Source: Syntrophales bacterium (GTDB lineage Bacteria > Desulfobacterota > Syntrophia > Syntrophales > UBA2210). Taken from it: a DNA stretch of 64,000 nt. Below the pieces are notes generated by a model. The model did not search any database, was not told the origin of the DNA, and saw only the letters and a list, made by a program, of their open reading frames with translations. The DNA lies in the NCBI GenBank assembly GCA_963666365.2, contig CAXXNF010000002.1, forward strand, positions 160,001 through 224,000, in the 5' to 3' direction. Position 1 is the stretch's first letter. Each line of letters opens with the position of its first letter. This document shows positions 1 through 9,090 of the stretch, in pieces. Position numbers and translations under genes: made by a program.

Positions 1-1928
1 TTACGCTTCTCATTCTCCTGGTGGCGATCTATGCGCTCAGGCCGCTTGATTTCTCAGTATTCCCGTCGATTCTTCTTGTGGCGACACTCTTTCGGCTTTC
101 CCTTAATGTCGCCTCTACGCGACTCATCCTTCTCAACGGGAACGAGGGGGCTGCGGCAGCCGGTCAGGTAATCAAGGCATTCGGTACCTTTGTGGTAGGT
201 GGTAACTTTGTGGTCGGTTTGATCGTCTTCCTCGTGCTGGTGCTCATCAATTTTATTGTGATTACCAAGGGTGCGACCCGAATCGCTGAAGTGGCGGCGC
301 GATTCACGCTGGATGCAATGCCGGGAAAACAGATGAGTATCGATGCCGACCTGAATGCGGGTCTCATCAATGATTCAGAGGCGCGACGAAGGCGCCGCAC
401 CATCGAAGAGGAAGCGGATTTTTACGGCGCCATGGACGGCGCCAGTAAGTTTGTCAGGGGTGATGCCGTGGCGGGCATTATCATTACTATTATTAATATC
501 GTAGGGGGGCTTGTCGTCGGTGTCATGCAGAAGGGGATGCCTGTAGGAGATGCCGCCCAGACCTATACGCTGCTTACCGTCGGCGATGGTCTGGTGACGC
601 AGATTCCCGCACTCATCGTCTCCACCGCTGCCGGCATGCTGGTCACGCGATCGGCGACCTCCTCCGATCTTGGGAAAGAAGTGACGACCCAGCTTTTTTT
701 CAAACCTAAGGCCATTGCTACTGCATCGGTGATTCTTTTTATATTCGGCATGATTCCCGGTATGCCGACGCTGGCCTTTGTGACGATCTCTCTTGTCATG
801 GGCGGCGTGGCCTACATGGTGTCAAAAGCACCGGTTGAAGAAGGGGATAATGAACCCAAACCTGTTGCCGAGACCCCGTCGGAATCCATCGAAGCGCTTC
901 TCCCTCTGGATGTGCTTGAACTTGATGTGGGATACAGCCTGATACCAATGGTGGATGCAGCCCAGGAAGGGGAATTGCTGCAGCGAATAAAGGCATTCAG
1001 GCGACAGCTTGCCTTGGAGCTGGGATTTGTGATGCCGGCAATTCATATACGGGACAATCTTCAACTCAAGCCCAATGAGTATATCCTCAAGCTGAAAGGT
1101 GCGGAAATTGCGAAAGGTGAATTGATGATGGGGCATTTCCTTGCGATTGCCCCCGATGAAAAACTCAAGATCAAGGGTGTGGAAACAAAGGAACCTGCCT
1201 TTGGTCTCCCTGCAGTCTGGGTGAACGAAAAAGAAAGAGAAACTTTGCAATCCCGGGGAATCGTGGTTGTCGATGCTGCCACAGTAATTACTACCCATAT
1301 TACGGAGATCGTGAAGACCCATGCCGCGGAGCTGGTAGGGCGACAGGGGGTGCAGTCGCTTATTGACAATCTCGCCAATGATTATCCGGGACTTATACAG
1401 GACCTGGTGCCGAATGTGGTGCCCCTAGGTACGCTTCACAAGGTGGTGCAGCGTCTTCTGAAAGAACGGGTTTCAATTCGCGACATGATCACGATTGTGG
1501 AGACGCTGGCCGACTATGTACCGGTGACCAAAAATGTCGATCTGCTCAGTGGCTATGTCAGGCAGGCCCTCGCACGAACTATTACGAATCAATATCGGGA
1601 CGACAGGGGCGATATTACCGTGGTGATGGTTGCCCCCGAGGTGGAGGATGCCATACACCAGTCCGTGCAGCATACAGAATATGAGTCATATGTGGCGGCC
1701 GAACCTGTGCTTCTTCAGGCAGTGGCTAAAAATCTTCAGGAGTACATAAAGGTCTTCACTGATCGGGGATTGCAGCCGGTTATTCTCTGTTCTCCCCGGG
1801 TGCGGGGGGCTCTCTGGAAAATGATGGAGAAATTTTTTCCTTCTGTGGCCATTTTATCGCATGGAGAAATAACCCATGACGTCAATATCAAATCGCTGGG
1901 CATGGTGAGGTTGCAGGATGCAGGTTAA
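1..1928 (+). CDS. flhA: Flagellar export gate protein FlhA (5'-partial, begins before the window)
   Basis: FHIPEP motifs FSVFPSILL..TLFRLSLNVASTR, RIAEVAARFTLDAMPGKQMSIDADL, FYGAMDGASKFVRGDA; frame open to the window edge. Confidence 0.97.
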   Translation, partial: TLLILLVAIYALRPLDFSVFPSILLVATLFRLSLNVASTRLILLNGNEGAAAAGQVIKAFGTFVVGGNFVVGLIVFLVLVLINFIVITKGATRIAEVAARFTLDAMPGKQMSIDADLNAGLINDSEARRRRRTIEEEADFYGAMDGASKFVRGDAVAGIIITIINIVGGLVVGVMQKGMPVGDAAQTYTLLTVGDGLVTQIPALIVSTAAGMLVTRSATSSDLGKEVTTQLFFKPKAIATASVILFIFGMIPGMPTLAFVTISLVMGGVAYMVSKAPVEEGDNEPKPVAETPSESIEALLPLDVLELDVGYSLIPMVDAAQEGELLQRIKAFRRQLALELGFVMPAIHIRDNLQLKPNEYILKLKGAEIAKGELMMGHFLAIAPDEKLKIKGVETKEPAFGLPAVWVNEKERETLQSRGIVVVDAATVITTHITEIVKTHAAELVGRQGVQSLIDNLANDYPGLIQDLVPNVVPLGTLHKVVQRLLKERVSIRDMITIVETLADYVPVTKNVDLLSGYVRQALARTITNQYRDDRGDITVVMVAPEVEDAIHQSVQHTEYESYVAAEPVLLQAVAKNLQEYIKVFTDRGLQPVILCSPRVRGALWKMMEKFFPSVAILSHGEITHDVNIKSLGMVRLQDAG

Positions 1929-3063
1929 AAGATACGAAGTGACGGGCATCAACGAGGCGATGGAAAAGATAAAGCGGGACCTGGGTCCTGATGCAATCAT
2001 ACTTTCTTCCAGACGCATAAAGGGTGAGGGAAGAGAGAAAATGGAGGTGGTTGCCGCCATCGACACAACCGAGAAAAAGGAAGACCGCTCGGGAAAGGAT
2101 GTAACTGCGTGGCCGCCGCAGGCCGCCCTGAAGGATCAGGACGATTCACCGCCCCTTGTTGTTGAACCTGATGCCGCGCGTTTAAAACGCATGGAGAGCG
2201 ATCTGAAGGCGCTGAGACAGAATTTTGTGCGCCTCTTCGACCATTTTGGCATAGAGGTGTCTTCGGCGTACTGCGGCCCCCTTGCCTCGATATATGAGGG
2301 GATGCTGATGCGCGGGCTTTCAAAGGAATGCGCCCTTAAACTGCTGAACACACTGAAAGAAAGCCTGCCCCAGGGATCGTATATCGATGATCGGGGCATG
2401 TGGAGATCATTGCAGCATTTCATGGCACAGTCAATGGCGCCCTTTTTTACCCCCGAGGCAAAGGGAAGGAAGATGCGGGCATTTGTGGGACCAACGGGCG
2501 AAGGGAAAACTACCACACTGGCCAAACTTGCCGCACGCGCTCTGTACGGAGAAAAGAAAAAGGTGGGCATTATCACGATGGATACCTATCGAATCGGCGC
2601 CGTGGCACAGCTTGAAATCTATGCCGATATTATGAATGTTCCCCTGGAGACCGTCACAGATAGAAAGGAACTGCGACGGGCAATGAAACGACTTGCCGAC
2701 AAGGATGTGGTCCTTATCGACACGCCGGGAAGAAGCAGGAAAGATACGGAGCACCTTGTGAAAATGCGCGAATTGTTGACCGGCGATTTCCCTGTGGACA
2801 TTACCCTTGTCATCAGCGCGACCGCAAGCTCCGAAACAATGGCCCGTGCCGCCGATCGTTTCGACATTACCGGCTATGACCGCATCATTTTTACAAAGCT
2901 TGATGATGCGAGCGGCTGCGGCAGGATCTACAATGTAGTCGATCGGCTGAGAAAACCGGTGTCGCATGTTGCCGATGGGCAAAGAGTTCCTCAGGATATC
3001 GAAGAGATGGATCCTCGCAAGCTTGCGAGGCTGATTGTGGAAGAAAGGATGCCGGTGCATTGA
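1918..3063 (+). CDS. flhF: Flagellar SRP-type GTPase FlhF
   Basis: N-terminal 'EAMEKIKRDLGPDAIILS'; GPTGEGKTTT, DTYRIGA, DTPG, TKLD, GQRVPQD motifs; follows flhA. Confidence 0.95.
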   Translation: MQVKRYEVTGINEAMEKIKRDLGPDAIILSSRRIKGEGREKMEVVAAIDTTEKKEDRSGKDVTAWPPQAALKDQDDSPPLVVEPDAARLKRMESDLKALRQNFVRLFDHFGIEVSSAYCGPLASIYEGMLMRGLSKECALKLLNTLKESLPQGSYIDDRGMWRSLQHFMAQSMAPFFTPEAKGRKMRAFVGPTGEGKTTTLAKLAARALYGEKKKVGIITMDTYRIGAVAQLEIYADIMNVPLETVTDRKELRRAMKRLADKDVVLIDTPGRSRKDTEHLVKMRELLTGDFPVDITLVISATASSETMARAADRFDITGYDRIIFTKLDDASGCGRIYNVVDRLRKPVSHVADGQRVPQDIEEMDPRKLARLIVEERMPVH

Positions 3064-3131
3064 GCGGCATGGAAGTATGTGCCCGAAAAGGAATGAGGGC
3101 CTTGAACAGGATCAAACGATTGAGGTGACAG

Positions 3132-4034
3132 GTGGATCAGGCGGGAGTGCTGCGAAGAATGGGTAAAGCCGGAAATGAAGGGTATCTAGAGGAGGTCCCG
3201 GTGAGAAAAGGCCGAAGAATCAATGCCGACATCAAGGTTCTTGCCGTTACCAGCGGCAAGGGCGGTGTCGGTAAAACGAATATTGCGGCGAACATGGCCT
3301 ACCTGCTTTCAACAATGGGCAAGCGGGTTCTCCTGCTGGATGCAGATGCGGGACTGGCAAACATTGATGTGCTTCTTGGAATTTCTCCGCACTATAACCT
3401 TTCCCACCTTTTATGCGGAGAAAAGCCCCTTTCGGAGGTAATAGTGCGTGGGCCGGGGGGGATAATGATCATACCAGCGGCCTCAGGCATGCAGGAGATG
3501 ACGGAGCTGTCGGCAGGCCAGAAACTGACGCTTCTTGAGGAACTCGACAACTTCGATGAAAAACTCGATGTGATGATAATCGACACGGCAGCGGGGATTA
3601 CGGGAAACGTGATGTATTTCAATATGGCGGCCAAAGATATCGTTGTGGTCGTTTCTCCCGATCCCACTTCTCTTACCGATTCGTACGCCCTTATCAAAGT
3701 GTTGAGCCGGGGATACGCCACCCATCACTTTATGATTGTCGCCAATATGGTGAAGGATGCCGGCGAGGGATTTGAAGTGTATAAACGTTTGAGCAGTGCC
3801 ACCGGTCACTTTCTCAATGTGTCTGTCGATTATCTGGGGTATGTGGTAAGGGATCGTGCGGTGACGGAATCGATCAGACAGCAGAGCCTCTTCACGGAGA
3901 TATTTCCTTCGTCGCGGGCAAGCAGGCTTCTGGCTGCCATTGCCCGGGGTGTGTGCAATCAGGAGTTCGAGAGAAAAGACGACAATGGCATGATTAAATT
4001 TTTTGGGGACGCAGTCATTGGCCGGAATGATTGA
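3132..4034 (+). CDS. flhG: MinD/ParA-family flagellar number regulator FlhG (FleN)
   Basis: Deviant Walker A SGKGGVGKTN, DADAGLANID, PDPTSLTDSYALIK; between flhF and fliA. Confidence 0.93.
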   Translation: MDQAGVLRRMGKAGNEGYLEEVPVRKGRRINADIKVLAVTSGKGGVGKTNIAANMAYLLSTMGKRVLLLDADAGLANIDVLLGISPHYNLSHLLCGEKPLSEVIVRGPGGIMIIPAASGMQEMTELSAGQKLTLLEELDNFDEKLDVMIIDTAAGITGNVMYFNMAAKDIVVVVSPDPTSLTDSYALIKVLSRGYATHHFMIVANMVKDAGEGFEVYKRLSSATGHFLNVSVDYLGYVVRDRAVTESIRQQSLFTEIFPSSRASRLLAAIARGVCNQEFERKDDNGMIKFFGDAVIGRND

Positions 4035-4758
4035 CAGGAAAAAAAGGGATGCGCTGATCGTCAAGTATGCGCCGCTGGTGAAGCACATCGTGGATCGCTT
4101 TGCGATGAAATTGCCGCGCCATGTGGAAAAGGAAGATTTGATCAGCGTAGGAACGATCGGACTCATTTCCGCAATCGAACGGTATGACGAATCGCGGAAC
4201 GTCCGTTTCGAAACCTTTGCTCAGTTCAGGATCAGGGGCGCCATCCTGGATGAATTGAGGGCGCGGGACACCGTATCACGATCATCGCGCAGTAAGGATT
4301 CCAAACTCGAGCAGGCCTACGCCATCCTTCAGGGGGAATTGGGCAGAGCGCCGACCGACGAAGAGGTCGCCCGGCTTATGGGGCTTTCAATGGAAGAGTA
4401 TTTCAAGCTTCTCGATGACGCCCAGGGTGTCTCGATCCTGAGTCATGATGATCTGCCACCCGATTATTGTGAAAAATACGGTAATTCCGAAGTGATGGAG
4501 AAAATTGAACAGGACAATCCCCTGTCCGCAATTGTGGGGAAGGAATTACGCAGCACGTTGAAGGCGGCCATAGAAAATCTCCCCGAAAAAGAGAGCCTGG
4601 TGCTGGCGCTTTACTATTATGAAGATTTGACGCTGAAGGAAATCGGGGTGACCCTCGGCTTGACGGAATCCCGTATCTGTCAGATTCACTCCCGGGCGAT
4701 CCTGAAATTGCGCAGCCTGCTGAAAACAAAGGGTGCTCAAGAGGCTGCTATGGCCTGA
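4027..4758 (+). CDS. fliA: RNA polymerase sigma-28 factor FliA
   Basis: RIRGAILDELR, LYYYEDLTLKEIG..LGLTESRICQIH; ATG at 4027 overlaps the end of flhG. Confidence 0.95.
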   Translation: MIDRKKRDALIVKYAPLVKHIVDRFAMKLPRHVEKEDLISVGTIGLISAIERYDESRNVRFETFAQFRIRGAILDELRARDTVSRSSRSKDSKLEQAYAILQGELGRAPTDEEVARLMGLSMEEYFKLLDDAQGVSILSHDDLPPDYCEKYGNSEVMEKIEQDNPLSAIVGKELRSTLKAAIENLPEKESLVLALYYYEDLTLKEIGVTLGLTESRICQIHSRAILKLRSLLKTKGAQEAAMA

Positions 4759-4768
4759 GGATGACGAT

Positions 4769-5320
4769 ATGAAGAATGTGCGCTGCAGCGCCATAAAAAT
4801 GAAAAAGAACAGATTGAAGGGCGCGGAGATGTCGGCACTTGTAAGAATTTCGCTTCTTCTGCTCGTCACCGCGAGTTTCAGTTTCATGTCGGGAGGCATT
4901 CTTGGGCCGGGTGTTGGCGCGGCGCAGGCGAAGGAGTGGGGGCTTTTTGCGAAGGAGATAGTGAAGTTCTTCCGGAATGGCGATGACAGGGAGCACAGAG
5001 GTGAGAACAATAGGCCTTCCGATCAGGAATTACAGAAATATGAAGGATTTATGGTGCATGTTGCCGGGGAAAGAGCCGTGAAAAGGATAGTGCTCCTGGA
5101 TATTGCACTTGAAATTGAAATGGGTGAGGCACAGAGGGCGAACCACCAGCGTGAAATTCGAAAAATAATATATCGGACATCGAAGGAAATGCTTTCAGGG
5201 CGGGCACGATTTCCCCATGTGCAGAAAGGGTTGAAACAGGAAATTGAACGCCGTGTCAATCGGTGGATGAGACGCCCCTGTGTGAAGGGTGTCTATATCA
5301 CGCGTTTTATGGTGCTCTGA
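4769..5320 (+). CDS. Divergent FliL-like flagellar basal body-associated protein (start 4769 or 4829)
   Basis: N-terminal hydrophobic segment, 'FMVHV', 'EIRKII', 'LKQEIERRVN...VKGVYITRFMV' resemble the FliL C-terminal pattern; flagellar context. Confidence 0.65.
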   Translation: MKNVRCSAIKMKKNRLKGAEMSALVRISLLLLVTASFSFMSGGILGPGVGAAQAKEWGLFAKEIVKFFRNGDDREHRGENNRPSDQELQKYEGFMVHVAGERAVKRIVLLDIALEIEMGEAQRANHQREIRKIIYRTSKEMLSGRARFPHVQKGLKQEIERRVNRWMRRPCVKGVYITRFMVL

Positions 5321-5363
5321 GAGCACTGCGGTCTGGGTCCGCACATTATAAGAGGTGCATTTC

Positions 5364-5672
5364 ATGCAAAAAAAATGTTTCATTGGTATCGTATGTGGTA
5401 GTATCATTTTTTCAGTTTCGTCCCTTGCGCTTACGGTCGAAGAGGTTCTTAAATTGAAAGAGGCCGGTGTAGACAATGAAACAATAGGCATTATGATGAA
5501 GCAGGAGTCCCCGCGAGGAGTAGAGGAGGTCGAGGACGGCGCAGGGAATATTTCGATTCGCTATTCCAATGACGGGCTGGGGGGAGAAGACGGCGCCGGT
5601 CCCGCGGAACGGGAGCGGGTGGACAAGGCCTGGGAGATGTTGAGAAACATCGTAATTGACGGCAGAAAATAA
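5364..5672 (+). CDS. Small exported hypothetical protein
   Basis: SD AGAGG upstream of ATG 5364; signal-peptide-like N-terminus ending SLA, then LTVEEVLKLKEAGVDNETI. Confidence 0.6.
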   Translation: MQKKCFIGIVCGSIIFSVSSLALTVEEVLKLKEAGVDNETIGIMMKQESPRGVEEVEDGAGNISIRYSNDGLGGEDGAGPAERERVDKAWEMLRNIVIDGRK

Positions 5673-5738
5673 GACGTGTGTGAGAGCCAATACTAAGGTG
5701 TGTTTTGTCTAAAAAGCAGAGAAGAAGGGGAGATCAGC

Positions 5739-6512
5739 ATGGAAAGGGAGAAAATCTACACGGATCTTGCGCGGCAGTTCGAAGGCACGTTCATTGAAGA
5801 GCTTATTCCCGGAATACTTCACAACTTTGCGAATCCTCTCAACGGGATTATGGGTCGTTCGAAACTGTTGCAGAAGCGCGCTCAGGATGTGTTTCCGTTA
5901 CTGATCGACCGGAACGTCGACAGGGAACTGATTGAAGAGGCATACGGCAAGATTTTGCGGGATATAGATCTGATCTCGCAGGAATCTGACAGACTCTACG
6001 ATTTATTCAATGATGTGGCGGCGAAGGTTCACCGGTTGCATAATAATAACAGCCAGTTGATCAATATATCAGAACTGGTAGAATCAGAGATCGCGTTTTT
6101 CGACTTCTATCTTGATTTTAAACACAAAGTGGAAAAAAATCTGGCGCTGAACCGGGATATCCCCTTGCTGGAGGGAGCGCCTTCGGACTACTCGATGGCG
6201 ATGTCAACAATCATTCGGCATGCCATGGAATCCATGGATGCCTGTGAGGTGCGCCGGCTTTCCATTTCTACGGATTGTGATCCGGATTATGTATATGTGA
6301 CATTTCAAGATACGGGGAATCATCACAATGCGGCGGCAATTGCTGATTTCTGTCGCCACGCGGATTTTGATTCGCCCGGTGGGGTAAATTTGAACGGAAG
6401 CCGCAATCTTATCGGTGCAATGGCGCTTTTGAAAAAATATGATGCCCGTTTTACCGTTGAGGATGACGAGGGACACTTTCGATTCTCCGTAATAATCCCT
6501 TATAAGAGATAG
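5739..6512 (+). CDS. Sensor-less histidine kinase-like protein with degenerate ATPase domain (putative pseudokinase)
   Basis: H-box-like GILHNFANPLNGI near the N-terminus; N-box reads TIIRHA, G1 reads DTGNH, no GxGLGL G2 box; SD GGGGAG before ATG 5739. Confidence 0.75.
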   Translation: MEREKIYTDLARQFEGTFIEELIPGILHNFANPLNGIMGRSKLLQKRAQDVFPLLIDRNVDRELIEEAYGKILRDIDLISQESDRLYDLFNDVAAKVHRLHNNNSQLINISELVESEIAFFDFYLDFKHKVEKNLALNRDIPLLEGAPSDYSMAMSTIIRHAMESMDACEVRRLSISTDCDPDYVYVTFQDTGNHHNAAAIADFCRHADFDSPGGVNLNGSRNLIGAMALLKKYDARFTVEDDEGHFRFSVIIPYKR

Positions 6513-6517
6513 CAACT

Positions 6518-6835
6518 ATGGTAAAATCCATCGGGTTACAGCAGGGTTTGCTTCAGACGAACTCCATTGAACGGATTCAACAGGTGCAGCAGCAGCATCC
6601 GGACACACAGCAGCGATATTTCGAAATAGAGATGGAGCGGGAAAAGAAGCGCGCCAAAGAAAAAGTTGAAACTATGGAGAAAACGGAACGAATGCGCATC
6701 AAGGAGGAAGATCGAAGACAGGATGAACGCAGATCTCCCTTCAAAGCGTCCGATCCAAAAGGCGAGACTTCCGGAGAACCGGAAGAAACGGAGGCAACCC
6801 TTGACACCGGTGGCACCATAGACGTGAAGGTATGA
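6518..6835 (+). CDS. Hypothetical Gln/charged-rich flagellar-locus protein
   Basis: Co-oriented 105-aa ORF tightly packed between neighbours; C-terminal GGTIDVKV. Confidence 0.6.
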   Translation: MVKSIGLQQGLLQTNSIERIQQVQQQHPDTQQRYFEIEMEREKKRAKEKVETMEKTERMRIKEEDRRQDERRSPFKASDPKGETSGEPEETEATLDTGGTIDVKV

Positions 6836-6836
6836 A

Positions 6837-7307
6837 ATGGATCTCCGAATTATACTTGCGCTGCATGTGTGCATCGATATCGCCCTCTGCGCCGTAATAC
6901 TGATGCTTCTGAGGAAAGTGGCGATATTGACGAGGGATGGAGGGAGGGAAGGTGATGCTCCCGTCTGGCAGGACACCGCTTCTATCTCGAAAAAGGCCAC
7001 TCCTCTGAGTTTTGTAGAAACACTGGATAGTACCCTTACGGACAGCCATCCTGAGAAAAAAGACGGTGTTCCCGCCGAAAAGATGCCAAGAGTCCGTAAA
7101 GGAAAAGGGTGGTTGAAACGAATAATGAATTTTTTCCCCGGCAGGGATGCGTCACAAGATTCCATGTCGTCAGAGCGGTATCGGGCAGCGGTCAATCTCG
7201 CATCACAGGGGGTGTCCCTGGAACGCATCGCTGCAGAACTGGGACTCACTGAGGGAGAAATATCCCTTGTGCTTGATCTTGACCGCACCAGGAATGAGAG
7301 TCGCTGA
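6837..7307 (+). CDS. Membrane-anchored protein with C-terminal HTH-like segment (DUF2802/DUF6115-like)
   Basis: N-terminal TM helix; C-terminal LASQGVSLERIAAELGLTEGEISLVL. Confidence 0.6.
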   Translation: MDLRIILALHVCIDIALCAVILMLLRKVAILTRDGGREGDAPVWQDTASISKKATPLSFVETLDSTLTDSHPEKKDGVPAEKMPRVRKGKGWLKRIMNFFPGRDASQDSMSSERYRAAVNLASQGVSLERIAAELGLTEGEISLVLDLDRTRNESR

Positions 7308-8470
7308 TGCCCATGATTCCGGCGTCACTAATCACTTCAGTTAATTCGCGTCTTGCAATTAATCCGGGAAATTCGGCTTCCTCAATGAAGGGGCTGCCCC
7401 CTCTTGCCGTTGGAGAGGTGGTGCCTGCGCTTATTATGGAAAGCCGGGGCGGACAACAGGCGGTACTGCTGGTGAAGGGAAGTCTTGTGACGGCCCAGTC
7501 CGATCTGCCTCTCAAGAGGGGAGAGCGTCGAATGCTCGTGGTCGAAAAGCTGACCCCTCAGGTAGTGTTTAAAGTGCTTTCCGGAAACGGCTTATCCACC
7601 TCTCATGTAAATGATGCGCTTCGGCATGTACGCATGCATCCACAGTCCATTTTTCAAATGTTCTCTGAGGCCCATGCGCTCTTACGGGAGGGAGAACTTT
7701 CGGTATTGACGGATCTTCTGGGAAAGAGCGATACGGAAAAGCTGATTTCCCTGATACGATCTCTGGTGTATTCAGGAAACAGCCGGGGTGAACCGTATTT
7801 TTTAAAAGACTATCTTGAAAGAATTGGATTTCTTATGGAGCATGAACTTGCAGGCGCCGCAGCGAAACGGTTCGGCAAGGCCTGGAAAGCGCAGGGTGCG
7901 GCGGAAAACCTGAAGGTCCTTCTGATGAGCATGGGAGATAAGTTGCGTACGGCTGAGGCCGGACAAAGTCGAGTATCCCTGGGGAGGATCGGTAGATTTA
8001 TCAACGATTTTCTAAAAGCTATTGAAACGCACCAGGTACTGAACAGTGTGCTCCAAGAGTGTGAAAGGACCTACGTCTTCCAGGTGCCTCTCCACTGTGC
8101 CGCGCAGATAAGAATGGCTGAGATTTGTATCACCCTTCGTGATGAATCCGGGGAGGGGCATGATGAGGAAACGGTTGTAACCAGGGTCCAGGTGTTTCTT
8201 GATCTGGATTCACTGGGTCCCCTTCTGGTGAAAACGAACATAGTCGCAGTGACTCGCAGTCTGGAGTGCCGCATTATCTGCGACAGTGACGAGGCATCGC
8301 AGTATATCGCCCCGTTTCTCCATGAATTGCACGAAGGGCTGACGAGCACCACCGGCTGTCGTGTCAAGGAACTGACATGCAGCGTCGGCGATGTCGGCAC
8401 GGAGAGGCGCAATGCAGTGGAAGACTACATGAACTCCTTGAAAATGGAAGTTGTCGATGTGGTGGTATAA
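7307..8470 (+). CDS. FliK-like (hook-length control C-terminal domain) protein
   Basis: C-terminal FQVPL...VFLDLDSLGPLLV...LHELHEGL...VVDVVV pattern; directly upstream of a FlhB-C-like gene. Confidence 0.6.
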   Translation: MPMIPASLITSVNSRLAINPGNSASSMKGLPPLAVGEVVPALIMESRGGQQAVLLVKGSLVTAQSDLPLKRGERRMLVVEKLTPQVVFKVLSGNGLSTSHVNDALRHVRMHPQSIFQMFSEAHALLREGELSVLTDLLGKSDTEKLISLIRSLVYSGNSRGEPYFLKDYLERIGFLMEHELAGAAAKRFGKAWKAQGAAENLKVLLMSMGDKLRTAEAGQSRVSLGRIGRFINDFLKAIETHQVLNSVLQECERTYVFQVPLHCAAQIRMAEICITLRDESGEGHDEETVVTRVQVFLDLDSLGPLLVKTNIVAVTRSLECRIICDSDEASQYIAPFLHELHEGLTSTTGCRVKELTCSVGDVGTERRNAVEDYMNSLKMEVVDVVV

Positions 8471-8482
8471 GGAGCTGCGACA

Positions 8483-8779
8483 ATGGCTGTGAAAAAAGAT
8501 CCCGATATATCTGTTGCTGCAGCAGTAGAGTACCACGGTGCCCGGGACCAGGCGCCGCGGCTTACCGCGAAAGGGCGGGGTGCAATCGCCGAAAAAATTA
8601 TCGAACTGGCACAGAAACACAAGGTGCCTATTCGAAAGGACCCGTCCCTGGTGGAAATCCTCAGCAGGCTCGATATTGGTGAAGAAATCCCGCCGGAATT
8701 GTATCGAGCCGTGGCGGAAATCTTTGCCTTCCTTTACAAAATGAACGAGAAACACAGAGATCTGGGCCGCCATTCCTGA
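8483..8779 (+). CDS. Stand-alone FlhB C-terminal domain protein (EscU/YscU/HrcU family, FlhX/YlqH-like)
   Basis: APRLTAKGRGAIAEKIIELA...VPI...EEIPPELYRAVAEIFAFLY. Confidence 0.9.
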   Translation: MAVKKDPDISVAAAVEYHGARDQAPRLTAKGRGAIAEKIIELAQKHKVPIRKDPSLVEILSRLDIGEEIPPELYRAVAEIFAFLYKMNEKHRDLGRHS

Positions 8780-8781
8780 GG

Positions 8782-8811
8782 CGGCAATTTTTTCCCGGGA
8801 CAAATTTGCCG
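8782..8811. promoter_or_regulatory. 30-bp imperfect palindrome, candidate enhancer (UAS) for a sigma54 activator
   Basis: CGGCAATTTTTTCCC-GGGACAAATTTGCCG (13 of 15 positions complementary, no loop, no U-tract), about 235 bp upstream of the sigma54 promoter. Confidence 0.5.
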
Positions 8812-9046
8812 ATAGGGGCCTTCGTCATTAATTCGGCAGGGGATAAAGAATCAAATGATGAATAGGAGCGACGACTTCATGAGATCCTTGTGGGAGCGGC
8901 AGTCGATTCTTGGCGCGCCTGGGATGCGCTCCATAGCTCCAAACTATTAAAAATATTGTCTATTATAGATTGTGCGTGACGTCCGAACCGTCAGATTATC
9001 GAAGGCGCTTTTATCTTTTTAAGGGAAATGAATGCGGTGCATATTC

Positions 9047-9062
9047 TGGCACACCGCTTGCT
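9047..9062 (+). promoter_or_regulatory. Sigma54 (-24/-12) promoter of the flgF operon
   Basis: TGGCAC-ACCGC-TTGCT matches TGGCAC-N5-TTGC exactly, 28 bp before the flgF start. Confidence 0.88.
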
Positions 9063-9090
9063 TGCCGTGTAACTGAAAGAAAAAGGGGTA

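Noticed and set aside
6536..7288. 250-aa minus-strand ORF in the flagellar block
   Set aside because: Antisense to two well-packed plus-strand genes in a co-oriented cluster
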